DNA of 63,952 bases from Octopus bimaculoides (Eukaryota), in the NCBI RefSeq assembly GCF_001194135.2, contig NC_068985.1:122765211-122829162 (forward strand), written 5' to 3'. Under the pieces are notes generated by a model that was not told where the DNA came from, searched no databases, and saw only the letters and a program-made list of their open reading frames with translations. A program made the translations under genes and the position numbers. The stretch's first letter is position 1. Every line of letters starts with the position of its first letter. This document shows, piece after piece, positions 25,988 to 40,020 of the stretch.

Positions 25988-26633
25988 ATTTTATGTTTGA
26001 CTTTTGTTTTGCATTTGTACAAGTTGGATCCAAGTCTCACCCAGAGACCTCAAGAGACAACAAGTTAGAAGTTCATGTAGGTGTTATGCCTAGGGTACCA
26101 TATATTTGGATTTGTACAGTTTTGTTCAAGTGAATGTTTAAGAAACCATAAGAAAATTATGTTTGCTTTAAAATTTGAGATCACATAGACAGTATTTTAC
26201 GTAGGATATGGGCAGTTCCCATGAGCACTATCTTTTGGACTTCAGCCATTTTGGGGTTTCCTGGTATCTGAGCTAGGTAGTAATCAGCCCGTTTCGCTGT
26301 CATTCCCAGGGCACCTATGACAATAGGTATTGTTTTCGTCTTCAGATTCCACATTTTGCTAATTTCTATTTCAAGATCTTTATATTTGCTCAGTTTTTGG
26401 TAGGTCTTGACAGATACGTTTATATCAATTGGGACAGTCATATCAATGAGGAGGCATGATTTTTGTCTGAAGTCTTTCAGTATGATGTCTGGCCTATTTG
26501 CGTCTATCTTTCTGTCAGTTTGAATGGTGAAGTTCCAGAGGAGTGCAATGTGATCATTTTCAAGTACTGGGGGTGGTTTGTGTTCCCACCAGTTTTTATC
26601 ATGGGGCAAGTCCAGGTTTTTGCATATTACCCA
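25988..26633 (-). mobile_element. 5'-truncated R4/Dong-like LINE (REL domain) flanked by (TAA)n on both sides
   Basis: The ORF at 26181-26609 reads LLWNFTIQTDRKIDANRPDIILKD...LIDMTVP...KLSKYKDLEIEISKMW...PIVIGALG, a PD-(D/E)xK REL domain. TTA runs lie at ~25971-25990 and 26634-26695. Confidence 0.88.

Positions 26634-26695
<62 letters not shown>
26634..26695. repeat. (ATT)n microsatellite
   Basis: Seen directly. Confidence 0.97.
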
Positions 26696-26696
<1 letters not shown>

Positions 26697-26978
26697 TGTA
26701 TTATTTGTATTATGTATTTAGAATTGATTTCCCAATTGAAGAATAAACTGAATTTAGAATAACAAACTTCTATACAGTATATTTTGCTTTTTCCTTCCAA
26801 TATATAAAGAACAATTTCATTCCCGGGCAACGCCAGGTGCCTTTGCTAGTATATATTCTGTTATCATTCTGTTATACGTTTCAGCTCTGAGGATGTGGCC
26901 ATGCTGCGCCACCGCATATATGTGTGTGTGTGTACACACATGCATATATACGTTCACACACGACACACACGGACACGG

Positions 26979-27025
<47 letters not shown>

Positions 27026-27231
27026 TTCTCTCTATCTCTCTTCCTCTCTCATACATATATACAAAGATTAAAAATAATATTAAGCAAAAGAGATCTCAAC
27101 ACCCGTTTGCAGAATACTATATACTGCTTTATATTACAATTATTTTGCATTATGTGAAGAACCATGTTTTAGAGAAACTAACAGTTAATTATCCAGTTAT
27201 TAATAGCAAGCACATATGTATAGATGTGAAA

Positions 27232-27540
27232 GAACGTGGCTTAGTGGTTGGGGTATTCGACTCACGATCGTAAGGTTGAGTTCAATACACATCGGCGTAT
27301 TGTTTCCTTGAGCAAGACACTTTATTTCACGCTGCTTCAGTCCACTTAGCCGGTAAAAATAAGTTGTACCTGTATTTCAAAGCCTTGTCACATTCTGTGT
27401 CGCACAGAATCTCCTTGAGAACTGCGTTAAGGGTAGGTGTGCTTGTGGAGTGCTCTGCTACTTGCACGTTGATTTTACGAGCAGGCTGTTCTGTTGATCG
27501 GATCAACTGGAACCCTCGTCATCGTAAGAGATGGAGTGGC
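27232..27540 (+). mobile_element. SINE family C, longer-tail variant
   Basis: The head matches 3612. The extended 3' body differs. Confidence 0.75.
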
Positions 27541-28189
27541 AGCTTATATGCATGAGAACATGCATGCATGCATGTATGCGTTTATGTATGCATTTATGCA
27601 TATATACATATATGCAGGTATTTATATATAACAGCGTAGGTATCCATTATCTCTGTCGTGGGTTCAGGCGCAGAGGTTTCATTAATAATGAAGTATAGCC
27701 GACTAAATTGGCTCAGATCTCGAATGTTACTTTTTTTATAGACTACAGAAGGATAAAAAAAAGTCAAGTCGACCGGATTGGAACTCAGAATAACTACAAT
27801 TAATGTTGCCTCTTTCAGTTCTGCTACACATGTGCCAGCATCTAAGCTAGTACTATATCAATTCTGTTAGCGAAATCGGTTTTAATGTCAGATTAAAGGC
27901 GATGAGATGTTACTGAATGCTCCGAGCTCAAATAACGATAGAATTGATGTTGCTCTTCAGTTCTCGGCTGCAAATAATATATATATATTTACAAAGTATT
28001 AAGGTTTCTTTAATTGAATATACTTTGCCCAAGTTTCAGGGACTATGATAAGGTCATAGTAACGAAACATTCTGATTTTGTTAACTATGAATAAATGAAT
28101 ATCAAATATTCTGTATTTAATCACAAGGTGACCTTTTATTTAGATTGTAGATCTTGTGTGTCTCGGTGCGTGCGTATGAATGTGTACGT

Positions 28190-28277
<88 letters not shown>

Positions 28278-29474
28278 CTGAGTTTAGTGATATAATTATT
28301 CATGCACATACATATATGATGTATTTTAAAAATATCTTTCTATATACTTGTACAATTTGTTTTACATACACGCACATGCAAACACACACACACACACGCA
28401 AACATACACACGCAAAAACACACATGCAAGCACACACACGTACACACACGCACATAAATACGCACACGCAAACACACACACATATAAACATATATACACA
28501 CGTGTATATACATATACATGTACATACACATTGCAATGTAAAATATATGTGGTGTGCACAAAAGATAAACTAAAATAATGTCTTACAGAGAAGTGAAGTA
28601 GAGTAAAATATGTATATTTGGATCTTTTTGTTTGGTTGCCCCTTTTCAATTTCTTCAGTTTTGTTCCAATTTATTTCATATTCGGTGTATTGATGTAGCT
28701 TGTATGGTAATTATTGACAGAAAATTCCTATTCGCCATAAATCAATGAACAAAGAGTTAATAGCTTTTAAAGTTTGCGAATTTTTGGTAATTTTAGCCAA
28801 TCGAAAGCTACAGACATATAGGGGCCTGTCTCCATAGTAACAAGCCAAGCATTGTAAGTCTCCTGTATTACGAAAAAACATGTGTGTTTACAAACTGATA
28901 TGTTACGCTAAACCACGCATTCAGTTTTCTTTTAATAAATATTTTGATAAATATTTTATTTCTCTACTCGTTTTTGCATTAAATGCATACAAAATGCACT
29001 ACAAAATATGCGTTATTTACTCATTTATTAATGAGTATTAAATGCTTAAAACACATGAGGTATGCGATGGTTATAAGATGAGCTAAAAATAACAACTAAA
29101 TAAGCCTTAAATCACGCATCCAAAACTTCCTGTTTTGGTTTTTGTATAATCGTATGAATTCCCGTTAATAGAACACAAATTCGCAAAGATTTTCTGAAAA
29201 TTCCAAAAGATAGCAAAATAATTATTAGGGGCTTATATGGCGTGCTTAACACGTGCAGTCACGCACAAAATGACAAAATACTGACTGGGTAAAAATAATC
29301 CAACTTTAAACTTCTGTAACTTCTTCTTTTTAAACTTTTCTGGAACAAGTGAATTAGATCCTAGGATTCAGCGTGGTAAATTACATCAATCCTCCAAATT
29401 TGAAAGGCTTCACTTAATTTAAAAATTCAAAATGTGCAGCCAAACAGAAAAGATCCGCGTATTTATTATATCCT

Positions 29475-30305
29475 AAGAAATTTTGACTATAAATCAAATA
29501 GCCAATGCTATTAGCATATCCTGTGAGAGAGTGGAGAAAATTCTGCATAATGAACTTGGCATAAGGGAAGTTTCTGCTGGGTGCATCAGACTGATCACAC
29601 CACGACAAAATGTGATATTGTTTAAGGCAGGTCCAGCTGGTTTACTTGAACATTTACTAATCCATGATGAATGTCGGTTTCCTCACTTTTGAGTTAGAGA
29701 CAAAGACACAATACATACACTGAAAAAACCACCCCTCAACTGCTCCAAAGAAGGCCAAGATTGTTTCATCTGTAGGGCAGGTGATGTCCTTAGTTTTTTG
29801 GGATATAAAAGGCATTGTGTTTATTGGCTATCTTCAAAAGGGTCATGCCATCAATAGAGAGTACTTTACCAACTTGCTGAAGCAGTTACGAAAGACTCCC
29901 AAGATCAAACACCAAGGAAAACTGATGAAAGGGGTCTTGTTTCATCAGGAAAATGCTCCAGCGCACAGGTTCTTGGTCTCAATAGCTTCTGTGTGTGACT
30001 GTGGCTTTGAACTGGATGATCAGCCTTCTTATTCTCCTGATTTGGCCCCATCTGGCTATCATCTGTTCCCAACATGAAAAGACACTTGGCTGGGAAGCAG
30101 TATCGCAGTGATAATGACGTCATGTCCGCTGTTGATGACTTTCTTGGGTCAACAGGATGAAAGCTTTTTCATCAATGGGATCGAAGCATTGCAACACCGA
30201 TCGAAGAATGTGAAGCGCAAAGAGGACTTGGTTAAAGAATAAACCTCATTTGGTCATCTTCTATGAGAGTATCTTGGTCAACCTATTAACTTTTCAGTCG
30301 ACCGT
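29475..30305 (+). pseudogene. 5'-truncated mariner transposase relic (irritans-like)
   Basis: LTINQIANAISIS...MMSLVFWDIKGIVFIGYLQKG...VLFHQENAPAH...YSPDLAPSGYHLFP, followed by a right end ...AACTTTTCAGTCGACC. Confidence 0.88.
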
Positions 30306-30608
30306 CATACACTACAATTGTATATTCACAACTAGATTTGAATCGTAGTTGTAACCATGATTTTCTGGTGATCTGATGAGATAGCTTTCTCTATTTGTAT
30401 TGATTTGTGAATATACAGTTGTATTGCGCAATGTGTAGCATGCACGTCTAAGCATAATTTATCCTGCACTAAAATTATTACTACATGAAGAAGGCAGCGA
30501 AACGGCCGTAATCTTTTTCTGTCTCTCTAATTGTTGCTTTTCCTGTCAGCATTTGTATTGTCTATCTGTCCGGCTGTTTTATTGTCCTCTATTGCGTTTT
30601 TGTTCCAT

Positions 30609-30640
<32 letters not shown>

Positions 30641-30650
30641 TGTATGTATG

Positions 30651-30719
<69 letters not shown>

Positions 30720-31284
30720 TACAATGATTGAATTCAACGCCTAACGCTCCTCACTGTTGCGCACGACGTAAACTTCTGCACATACATTGATTAACAGGTT
30801 TCCGGTTTTCCGTTCTTTATAACCACACACATTCTCTCTCTTTCTTTGTCACACACGTACACACACATGCACACATACACACGCGCACACACACACTCAC
30901 ACTCACACATATGCATACAGACACATACATATAGAATAGAGATTATTAACATAATTCCCTTTTCCTTCATCATTCCTTCGTTATAAATTTGGTCTCAAAT
31001 TTCTACCTGTCTTTGTATTGCTGTAGCGAAATATCATTTACGACAAATTGTCTTTGTAATTGTCTGTTGAGGTAAATTCAACATTTATTTCCAATTCAAT
31101 ATATTAGATATAACTTCAACTTCCTACTCCAGCATCAAAGTGAAATATTTATTAACTCAAGTATTCAAACATTTAATTGTATATAAATATCAACTCACAC
31201 GCATTCATACGCAGATACATATTTACACATTTACATATGCCTAAATAATACATACATACATATTCAACCTTCAGGCTTATTTAT

Positions 31285-31315
<31 letters not shown>

Positions 31316-31403
31316 TACTTACACGCATATATGTATGAATATATGTATATATACATACATATATATACATATATATATGTATATAATTATATATATACAT
31401 ACA

Positions 31404-31434
<31 letters not shown>

Positions 31435-31629
31435 GTGGGTGTATGTGTATATGAATTGGGATGAGTATACATTCACACATTACATACAAATTTCCCTTAA
31501 TGGCTAAACATAAATGCAACTATGTACATCTAGCATATATACATCTGCATTCACACATACATACACATATATGCATCTAAATACGTAGAGACGTAAACAC
31601 ATGCATATATAAGCATATATATACATATG

Positions 31630-31655
31630 TGTATATATATATATATATATATATG

Positions 31656-31727
<72 letters not shown>
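31630..31727. repeat. (TA)n microsatellite; similar long runs at ~30655-30716, 37868-37945 and 43500-43618
   Basis: Seen directly. Confidence 0.97.
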
Positions 31728-31729
<2 letters not shown>

Positions 31730-32599
31730 CTTAGAGTAGTTAATGGAATTTGGACAACAAAGTTAGAGATAATTATTGTAAATACTATATATGAAAGGTA
31801 CTTGAATCATTCAGATTAGCTTCGAGAGAACGTAAACAAAAGCCTAACAGCAATTGCAATCCACTCTAAATTCTTTCTAGTTTTCCCCATCCTGGCTGCG
31901 TTGAGTATATGAACATTTGATTTTAGTATAGCAAATCAACGAAGCACTGCAATAATATCTTATCTTACACTTATCCCATAATAATTAGGCCGGTGCAGGA
32001 AACGAATATTTTACAATTCTCAACTGTCTTCACCAACAACTAGTTCCATCCTCTACTGATATATAAGTTAAACATATCTGACCATCTGTATCTGACTATG
32101 GTATCTAATTTTACACGGTAGGCAGTAGAGAAGCATTGCTTTTGCTAATGTCTGTTTACTATTTGTGAGAAAGCAGTATGGTCGAATTGTTAAGAAGATG
32201 ATTTCGTAGTCATGAGGTATCGGGTTCGATACCATTACATGACTTTTTGTAGAATTATCATTAAGCATTGCCTCAATTGCCACTATATCGACAGAAACTG
32301 TGACGAAGGCCATTGAATGGATCGTACATTTTCGTACTTGTAATTCAAAAGTACTGCCTTGTCATATATTGAATCATTCAGATTCTGTCTCAGAATTACC
32401 TTAAGAATATACATGTCTTCGGAATACTCAGCCACTTACACTCTTGTTCAATGAGCAGGTAATTCAATTGACCGAAGAATTGAATAATCATTGTTGAAGC
32501 CAGTGAAGATTCATTTATATGCTGTCTGTAGTTCCATTGCTTTTACTGCTCCAGCCTATTGGTAGTTCTGGTACTACCGAAAGATAGGGCCAATCAGTG

Positions 32600-33090
32600 A
32601 AAGATAGGGCCAATCGGCATCAAAAGAACTGGCACTGAAACAGAAATGGAACGATATAACATATGTAACTAGAGGATAAAAAATTCGCGACTGTGGAGGT
32701 GTGCTTTAAAATCGAAGAACTTGCAAAACAGCATTCAACAGAAACTTTAAAAATGGTGAAGGTGGTACTGTTACCCACCTTCCTAGGCAGGAGAACGTCG
32801 AGGATTAAAGTGGGTGAAGTACCACCGGAGGTGAATGCGGGCTGGATTGTGGCATCCATAACTTTTGGCAATGAGGACAAAATGACAATCCTCGATGCAA
32901 CAGCGACAGATTGTCAGAATTGGCAAGGGAAGGAGATCGAAGTGATCGTCCAAGCTTCCCCTGTCGATTTAGAAAATTTAATAGAAGTCATCGATGTGGG
33001 GAAACCAAGCTTCCTGTGATGGTGTTTTAGATATGGCCAGTTAGGTCACATCAGGTCCGAGTGCAAGCTTCCCACCAAGGAAGCACCGAA
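32600..33090 (+). pseudogene. Probable non-LTR ORF1 (gag-like) fragment with a degenerate CCHC knuckle
   Basis: The ORF at 32693-33019 (...LLPTFLGRRTSRIKVGEVPPEV...) is followed by CFRYGQLGHIRSEC, a CX2(C>Y)X4HX4C pattern in another frame. Confidence 0.55.
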
Positions 33091-33554
33091 TTTAAAAGCT
33101 AACCCGGTAAACTGTTTTGCCTCTCTGAGATAGTGCGTGAATGTGTGTGTGCGCGCGCGCATGTGTGTCTAAGCTTAAAAACAACTGAAAGAATACGCAG
33201 TAAATGCAGTAAAGTTTATTTATTCGACTACCACAACAATCCTATTTGGATTAGAATATACATATTAGGCAAAACACAAAGTGATTGAAATTAAAACGTA
33301 TCTCCAGCATCCTATCATTTGTCAAAAACGATGCCGGTGAAACTCCAAAGTCACAGTTGTGTGTCTTATAACAAAATATTCGCATTTTACTTTTCTGTTA
33401 TGACTTACTCACTTGCATTCACATACTTTAAGCCAGTGTAGCCAGCCAAATAAGTAACTTAGCGTTTTATTATTAGAGGCGGATAATGTTACAAATCCAG
33501 AAAGCTGACTGAAAGTCTCGACGTTTTATAAAAATAATCATACAATGTTTCCAA

Positions 33555-34765
33555 CGCGGTTTTTTATTTTTATTTTATTTTCAAAATTAAGATAAACAAA
33601 GTTCTTTTTTAATCTAAAATATACTCTCCTTCATTTTCTACAATGCTCTTCCATCTAGCTCGTAGACTTTTAAAGCCTCTCTGTCAAAATCCACTTGTCT
33701 GTGACGAAAAATACTCCTTCAGTATTGTTCTGACCTAGTCTACAAAATTCATATCTTTTCCGTCCAAATGATTTTGAAGACTGCAGAATAAATGATAATC
33801 AGATGGGGCAATGTCCGGCGAATATGGTGGGTGGGTCATCGTTATCCATTCAAACTGCTCCAGCCTTTGGAACGTCATCCTCGCTGATTTAAGCCGCTCA
33901 AGCTGCTCGCATTAGGTCTCATTTGTTATCGTTTGGTTTGGGTTTAAAAGTGAACTAAATTTTTCATATCTCACCAAACAGATAACAACACTTTACGTGA
34001 GTGAAGATCTTCTTTAACTTGGGGTACCGGTATTTCTCCTTCCCCTACCAATTTCTTCGGCGCTTGACATTTTTATGGAGAACCCATTTCTCGTCACCAG
34101 TCACTATTTGGTCCAAAAAAGTTCTTTCGTGAGATGTGACAGCAAAGAAAAGCACCCATTCACACTTTGCATGAGATTAGACTCGGAAAGTTTCTGAGGA
34201 ACCCATTGCCCCAATTTGCTAACTCCTCCGATGGTACGCAGGTATCGATAAATGGTTGAATGACCAAACTTCTCTGCTAGTTCCTCAACAGTTACGCTGG
34301 GATTTCTTTCCAAAAAGGTTTGCAGGACGTCCTCGTCAAGCTCTACAGATCTTCCAGGACGAGGCTCATCTTCTAGGCTGTAGTTTCCGGTTCGAAATTT
34401 CTGGAACCACTGCCAACACTGGCTTATGCTTATTGTCCGATTCCCATATACTGCATTAATATTTTTCACACTTTCCGTTGCGTTATTGCCTTTATTAAAC
34501 TCATAAAGCAAAATATGTCGAACATGCTCTTTTGCCACTTCCATTATAACTTTGAAAAAAATCAGTTAAAATTAAACTGCACTAAGAATAAGTACAAGGT
34601 AAAATTACTACCTGCTTTTATAGCAAGTTGATGCACTAAGAATAAGTACAAGGTAAAATTACTACCTGCTTTTATAGCAAGTTGATGCATGTAATTTATC
34701 ACGCCCCTCCCAATTTTTAGTTCATGCAATTGAAAGAACCACATTATTTGTGGGATGACCCAATA
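33555..34765 (-). mobile_element. Mariner element with decayed, internally deleted transposase (CDS remnant 33609-34544)
   Basis: MEVAKEHVRHILLYEFNKG...WFQKFRTGNYSLEDEPRPGR...WVPQKL; HPPYSPDIAPSDYHLF; RWKSIVENEGEYILD*. The 5' TIR-like end is TATTGGGTCATCCCACAAATAATG. Confidence 0.9.
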
Positions 34766-35063
34766 ATATATATAAAAAAATATGAAACCGATATGCGGAT
34801 AGCATTAAATAAAATCCAAAACGAATGGTGTGATGTTTAAATTCTGGACGTTATGTTTTACCTTTTTCTTTTTAATTTTTTCTCAAGAACGGATTGTTGC
34901 CTTAGATTTCAGCATCTTCATTCTTTTTTCATTTCATGCCCTTTTAATTCTTTCATTTTTTTCTGTTTCCTATTTCTGTTTTTACTTTTTCAAAAATTTG
35001 TATGGATGGATGTAAGTGCAGCAAAGTTCATGTACAATATGTTTAGTTATATATATATATGTA

Positions 35064-35100
<37 letters not shown>

Positions 35101-35447
35101 NNNNNNNNNNNNNNNNNNNNNNNNNNNNNNNNNNNNNNNNNNNNNNNNNNNNNNNNNNNNNNNNNNNNNNNNNNNNNNNNNNNNNNNNNNNNNNNNNNNN
35201 NNNNNNNNNNNNNNNNNNNNNNNNNNNNNNNNNNNNNNNNNNNNNNNNNNNNNNNNNNNNNNNNNNNNNNNNNNNNNNNNNNNNNATTCACTGACAAAAT
35301 TGTGCAGCACAATTTTGTCAGTGAACAGGTCGCGGTCTCAAAGCGACGAAAATATTTTCACAAATTAAATTTAAATGTTGAAGTGAATCTGACGGCTTTT
35401 GTGTGTTATTTTAAATGGATTATAAACACCTTCCACGCTGCAATTGT

Positions 35448-35482
<35 letters not shown>

Positions 35483-35831
35483 TAGAAGAAAGACCGCCCA
35501 CCGGGCGGTTTTCTTTTTCACATTTGATTCCCATTTCTAATAATTTTTATATTTTACGTTTAATTATCTTTGTATAATAGTGCTCTCTTGCTTAGTAAAT
35601 ATTGCTTTCATTACTTTATCACAGTCATAATCTCTCTTTTTGAAACAAACATCACGGGAGAAGCAGTTTGTTAAGTATTACCTCAGAGCAACATAGAGAT
35701 TTCAATTTCAAAGGAAATTTCTTAGAGCATAAATTTATAAATATTTCCAGACGGCCAACCCTTTAATGATTGCTCTCTTTTAGTACTTTTAGTAATTGTT
35801 ACATAATTAATAAGCAGCTTTCTCTATTATA

Positions 35832-35887
<56 letters not shown>

Positions 35888-36034
35888 CTATATACATATA
35901 CATATATATATGTATATATATATATATATATATATACATACATACATACATACATATATATACACACAGACACACGCACGCACACACACACACACACTCA
36001 CACACACACACATATATATATATACATAAATACA

Positions 36035-36066
<32 letters not shown>

Positions 36067-36949
36067 ATTTCTTGTGTTAGGGAGACGTTGTGTTTCAGAA
36101 AGTCTTTGTTGTGAGGTGGAAATATGAGACCCATCTTTCATTGAATTTCACGTTGCATGGAAATCACTTGCCATGACATAGTAGTCAGTGAGAAATATCA
36201 AGAACAAAAACAATTACTGCGAGGAATATGTCCGAACTTTAAACGATTCCGCCAGTCCACGATTCTGGATATTTCATTCTATTTCTATATTTTATTCTGT
36301 TTCTATCGACCATAGAATGATACAAATGGAAGTTGGCTTTAGCGAGATTTGAATTCAGCATGTGAAGAGCCTGAACAACCACGGAAAGGCATTTTGTGTA
36401 ATGCTTTAATGATTTTACCAAGCCACACATTAAAATGCAGCCGTTAAAAGAAACTCCTGAACAATCACAGAGCTATACCTGTGTCACATGATACTATTAA
36501 TTTCCTATATTGACTCGTTGATATCTGCAGCAGTTGGTATTTCCTTTAATGTTTCAACAATAATAAGAACGTACATTGTAATTTCCAGTTTGATCTTCTA
36601 ACACCAGAAAACCATGGCGACGAGAATAATTTTCAAGTTTCATTGAACTATATATCGAACGAACAACTGATAACTCTAATTTGCAGGTCTAATTAATATT
36701 ATTCAATCAGCAATTGTTCTATATCCTCTTAACAAAAGTTATATTCTATTAACTCTTTGTCTTCTCATTAATTTCAACCAACGTCAGCATCAATATATTT
36801 TCAAGACAACGAGTGAGTGCTTCTACGCGGTCACCTGATCTGCTGGAAATATCAGTCTAAAATGAGTCAACGACGAAGTGTATACATGACTAGAAATAAT
36901 AGGTTATAATTTTATCTGAAAGAATAGTAACACGGTGATGCATTAATAT

Positions 36950-37165
36950 TGGCTTCAAATTTTGGTACCAGATCAGTAATTTCGAAAACGGGATTAAATC
37001 GATAACATTGACCCCCAGTGTTCAACTGGTTCTCATTTTATCAACTTCGAAAGAATGAAAGCAAAGTCGACCGCAGTGGGAGTTGAACTTAAAACGTAAA
37101 GACACATGAAATGCTGCTAAGCAGTTTGCCCGGCGTGATAATGCTGCAAGCTAGCCGCCTTTGTG
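36950..37165 (-). mobile_element. SINE family A copy
   Basis: Reverse-complement similarity to 2777-3009. Confidence 0.75.
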
Positions 37166-37665
37166 ACGCTTTGATATGAAAAGTAAATGGAATTTCAACA
37201 TTATAAATCAAGTTAAGGTACTTCGCTCGCTTTAGCTGTGGTTTGTTGAGGTGACGTTTCTTAAGTTTGAGTGGCATATTTTGCAGAATACTTTAATTTA
37301 GACATACATACATACATACATACATGTATTTGGGATTTTGGCGGGGAGAATGTGTGTGTGTGTGTGCGTGTGCGTGTGTCTGTGTGTGTTTCTGTGTGTG
37401 TGAGTTCATCCAAAAGAAAATATTAATGCATTCGCTTTCTTGCATTGATATAACACTCTCACTCTCTCATTCTCGCATTCCCTCATTCTTTCATTCCCCC
37501 ATTCTCTCATTCTTTCTCCCCCCTCTCTCTCTCACAAACATACTGGCGCTCACCCACACAGAGAGATACATTTGCTTTGTAATTGCTGACTTGTTATAGG
37601 CTTGGTAGTTCAACTAGGTCATACAACTGCCCGGTGCCACCAAATAATTTTTATCCCGCCAATCA

Positions 37666-37698
<33 letters not shown>

Positions 37699-37864
37699 TG
37701 GATGTATGGATGTATGTTTCTATGTATATGTGTATGTGTGCGTGTGTGTGTAGACACACACTCATACATATATACATGTATGTATATATATATCTTTATA
37801 TATGTGTGTGTGTATTTATACATATGTGTGTGTATATTTATATGTATATATAAATATACATATG

Positions 37865-37951
<87 letters not shown>

Positions 37952-38720
37952 GTATGTACACCCCCACATGCACACATGCACGGACACACGCACACAAACA
38001 AACACACATATTTGTATGTATACAAATGCACACACACGCACACACAAGCACACGCTCACAAGAAATCTCACAATAGTTTTTCCTACATTGTACTTGTCAG
38101 GTTAGTCAAGTACTTTCCGTGATCATTTTCTCAAATGATTTGCTCGTATATAATAAATATTTTCTTTGATGTCAATTTGAATTATATTTTCGTCTCTGTA
38201 TAACTTCTGGACAGAATTCATCTTGATTATTTTATCATTTGCCCCAAAATATGAAAACACGAACGCAAAGCAACTACTGTTGCAAGTCTATTATAGAATA
38301 TTTACACTGCCTTTAAGAAATAGTAGCCAATGATTTACTGGCCATTATTCTGTATTTCATAAATGAAACAAACCTAAGTGCATAAAAACAGCTGAATCAG
38401 TGATATGTTGGAGGCGGCATTGTAGCTACACCAATGTTTGCTATATAAAAGAATAGCAAATATTATTTCATAGGAGTAACAATGTTTTGTTGCCAAAGCT
38501 TTTGCAGTGTTGTACAATTCTCAATATCTACGTCATTAATCAATGAATCGTTGAATCAGTTATAGCGTCTGCTTTCAAACATAGCTATAAAGAAAATATA
38601 TCTCTGATTATATTCTCATTATCTAATAATTCCACTAAAGACTATACCAGAAGCGGTTAAGGTTTTTGAAGCGAGCCACATGTATTTTGTTTTTCATGAT
38701 CCATCACAATTTTGTAAAAT

Positions 38721-38955
38721 GGCACAGGCGTGACTGTGTGTTAAGAAGTTTGTTTCTCAGCCACATAGTTCCGGGTTCAGTCCCACTGCGCGACACCTTG
38801 AGCCGGTGTTTTCTGCCGTAACTTCTGGTCCATCAAAGCCTTGTGAGTAGATTTTGTAGACGGAAACTGAAAGAATACTGGGGTCGATTCCTTTGACTAA
38901 CATTCTTCAAGGTGGCCGCTGTCTAATAACTGAAACAAGTAAAAGATAAAAGAGA
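38721..38955 (+). mobile_element. SINE family B copy, internally deleted
   Basis: GGCACAGGCGTGACTGTGTG...GGGTTCAGTCCCACTGCG...GACGGAAACTGAAAGAA joins directly to GGGGTCGATT and the tail. Confidence 0.85.
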
Positions 38956-39669
38956 AAATAAATTATACCTCTACACATCTTTACATACTGAAGTATATTG
39001 ATTAATCACAGCATATTGAATGCTTTTATCGAGTGGCCACTGTTGCAGTTAATACTTTAAAATCTAGCTGGTAGAATGTTTAAGGTATTTTAGAGAAACC
39101 CAATATTATCTCAGGAGCTGCACATCGTACTGAGAGCCTGAGTTTGGCTACCACTGAACTGTAATTTTAGTCAATAATTTCCTTAAATTATTTAATGGCT
39201 GGAGAGTATCACAGCTTTTAAATGATTTAAGGTAATCGCTGGCTAGCTGGAGCTAATTTACTTAGCTAATTTGCTTCACATTAAGCATCGCTTATGCCTT
39301 TTGGAAAAAGTACGAATGCCACTTAGTCTCTGAATTCCAATACATCTGATATAGTAATGGCAAAATCTGTAGGAGAATAGATAAGAATCTTAGTTTGTTG
39401 AGGTATAAAGCTGAAGAGTCGAGATTGATATCTAGTTGCTGAATTGCCTGTCTCAAAGAAAGTGGGAAAGAGGTGCATGCATCCTCTTAGAGGGCGCTGG
39501 GATGGGGATGTTAGTAGCTGGAGATATCTAGACCTTCATATTTGAATATTCCAAATTAAATTTTCAGGGGAAGTAAAAAATCAAACTCAATATTTTAATT
39601 TGAACTATTAATTAGCATAGAATTTCTAACCAAGATCAGCGAATAATTGAAACAGGAGCAGACATGTTG

Positions 39670-40020
39670 ACTGACCATGTTAGTAAGTAAGGAAGTAAGT
39701 AAAATCCCTAGCTGGCGACCCGAGGAGGAGGTTTTCCTCTCAATCAATACGCTGCTATGGGTGCCGCTGGATGATGGACTCTGGTGATAATATTATTCCA
39801 CGCTTTCCGATCCATGGCACTGGCCTTAGCACACTTGAGGTTGAGTTGCTGCGACTCAAATTTTTCCTCAATTTGTTTTACCCATGTCTTCTTTGGTTCA
39901 CTGCACTAGACTCTTCAGTGCGTGGGTCGCTGCCGCCACAAAAATTGGTGTGGTAGTCTTCCGGTGCTCATCTTGCAGACATGGCCAAACCACTGTAACA
40001 TGTACTGCTGGGCTTCCATT
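39670..40020 (-). mobile_element. RTE-clade LINE 3' end with a (TTAC)n-like tail
   Basis: The minus strand reads LQWFGHVCKMSTGRLPHQFLW...PKKTWVKQIE, the RTE WFGHV.RM...R.P motif. Confidence 0.75.

Larger units (their letters stand above)
25330..26849 (+). mobile_element. Internally deleted Helitron: Rep fragment fused to helicase C-terminus, with 3' hairpin and CTAG end
   Basis: VNVEFCNSVNSIKY and IHLSVHLENGHRV are Rep motifs. FKRTQFPVRLCFAMSINKAQGETL...CFSHGQLYVRCSRV is PIF1-like helicase. The terminus is CCCGGGCAACGCCAGGTGCCTTTG-CTAG|T at 26846-26850. Confidence 0.85.

Noticed and set aside
28690-29460. Possible non-autonomous DNA element(s) upstream of the mariner relic
   Set aside because: It looks repeat-like but I could not find TIRs, TSDs or a second copy in the window.
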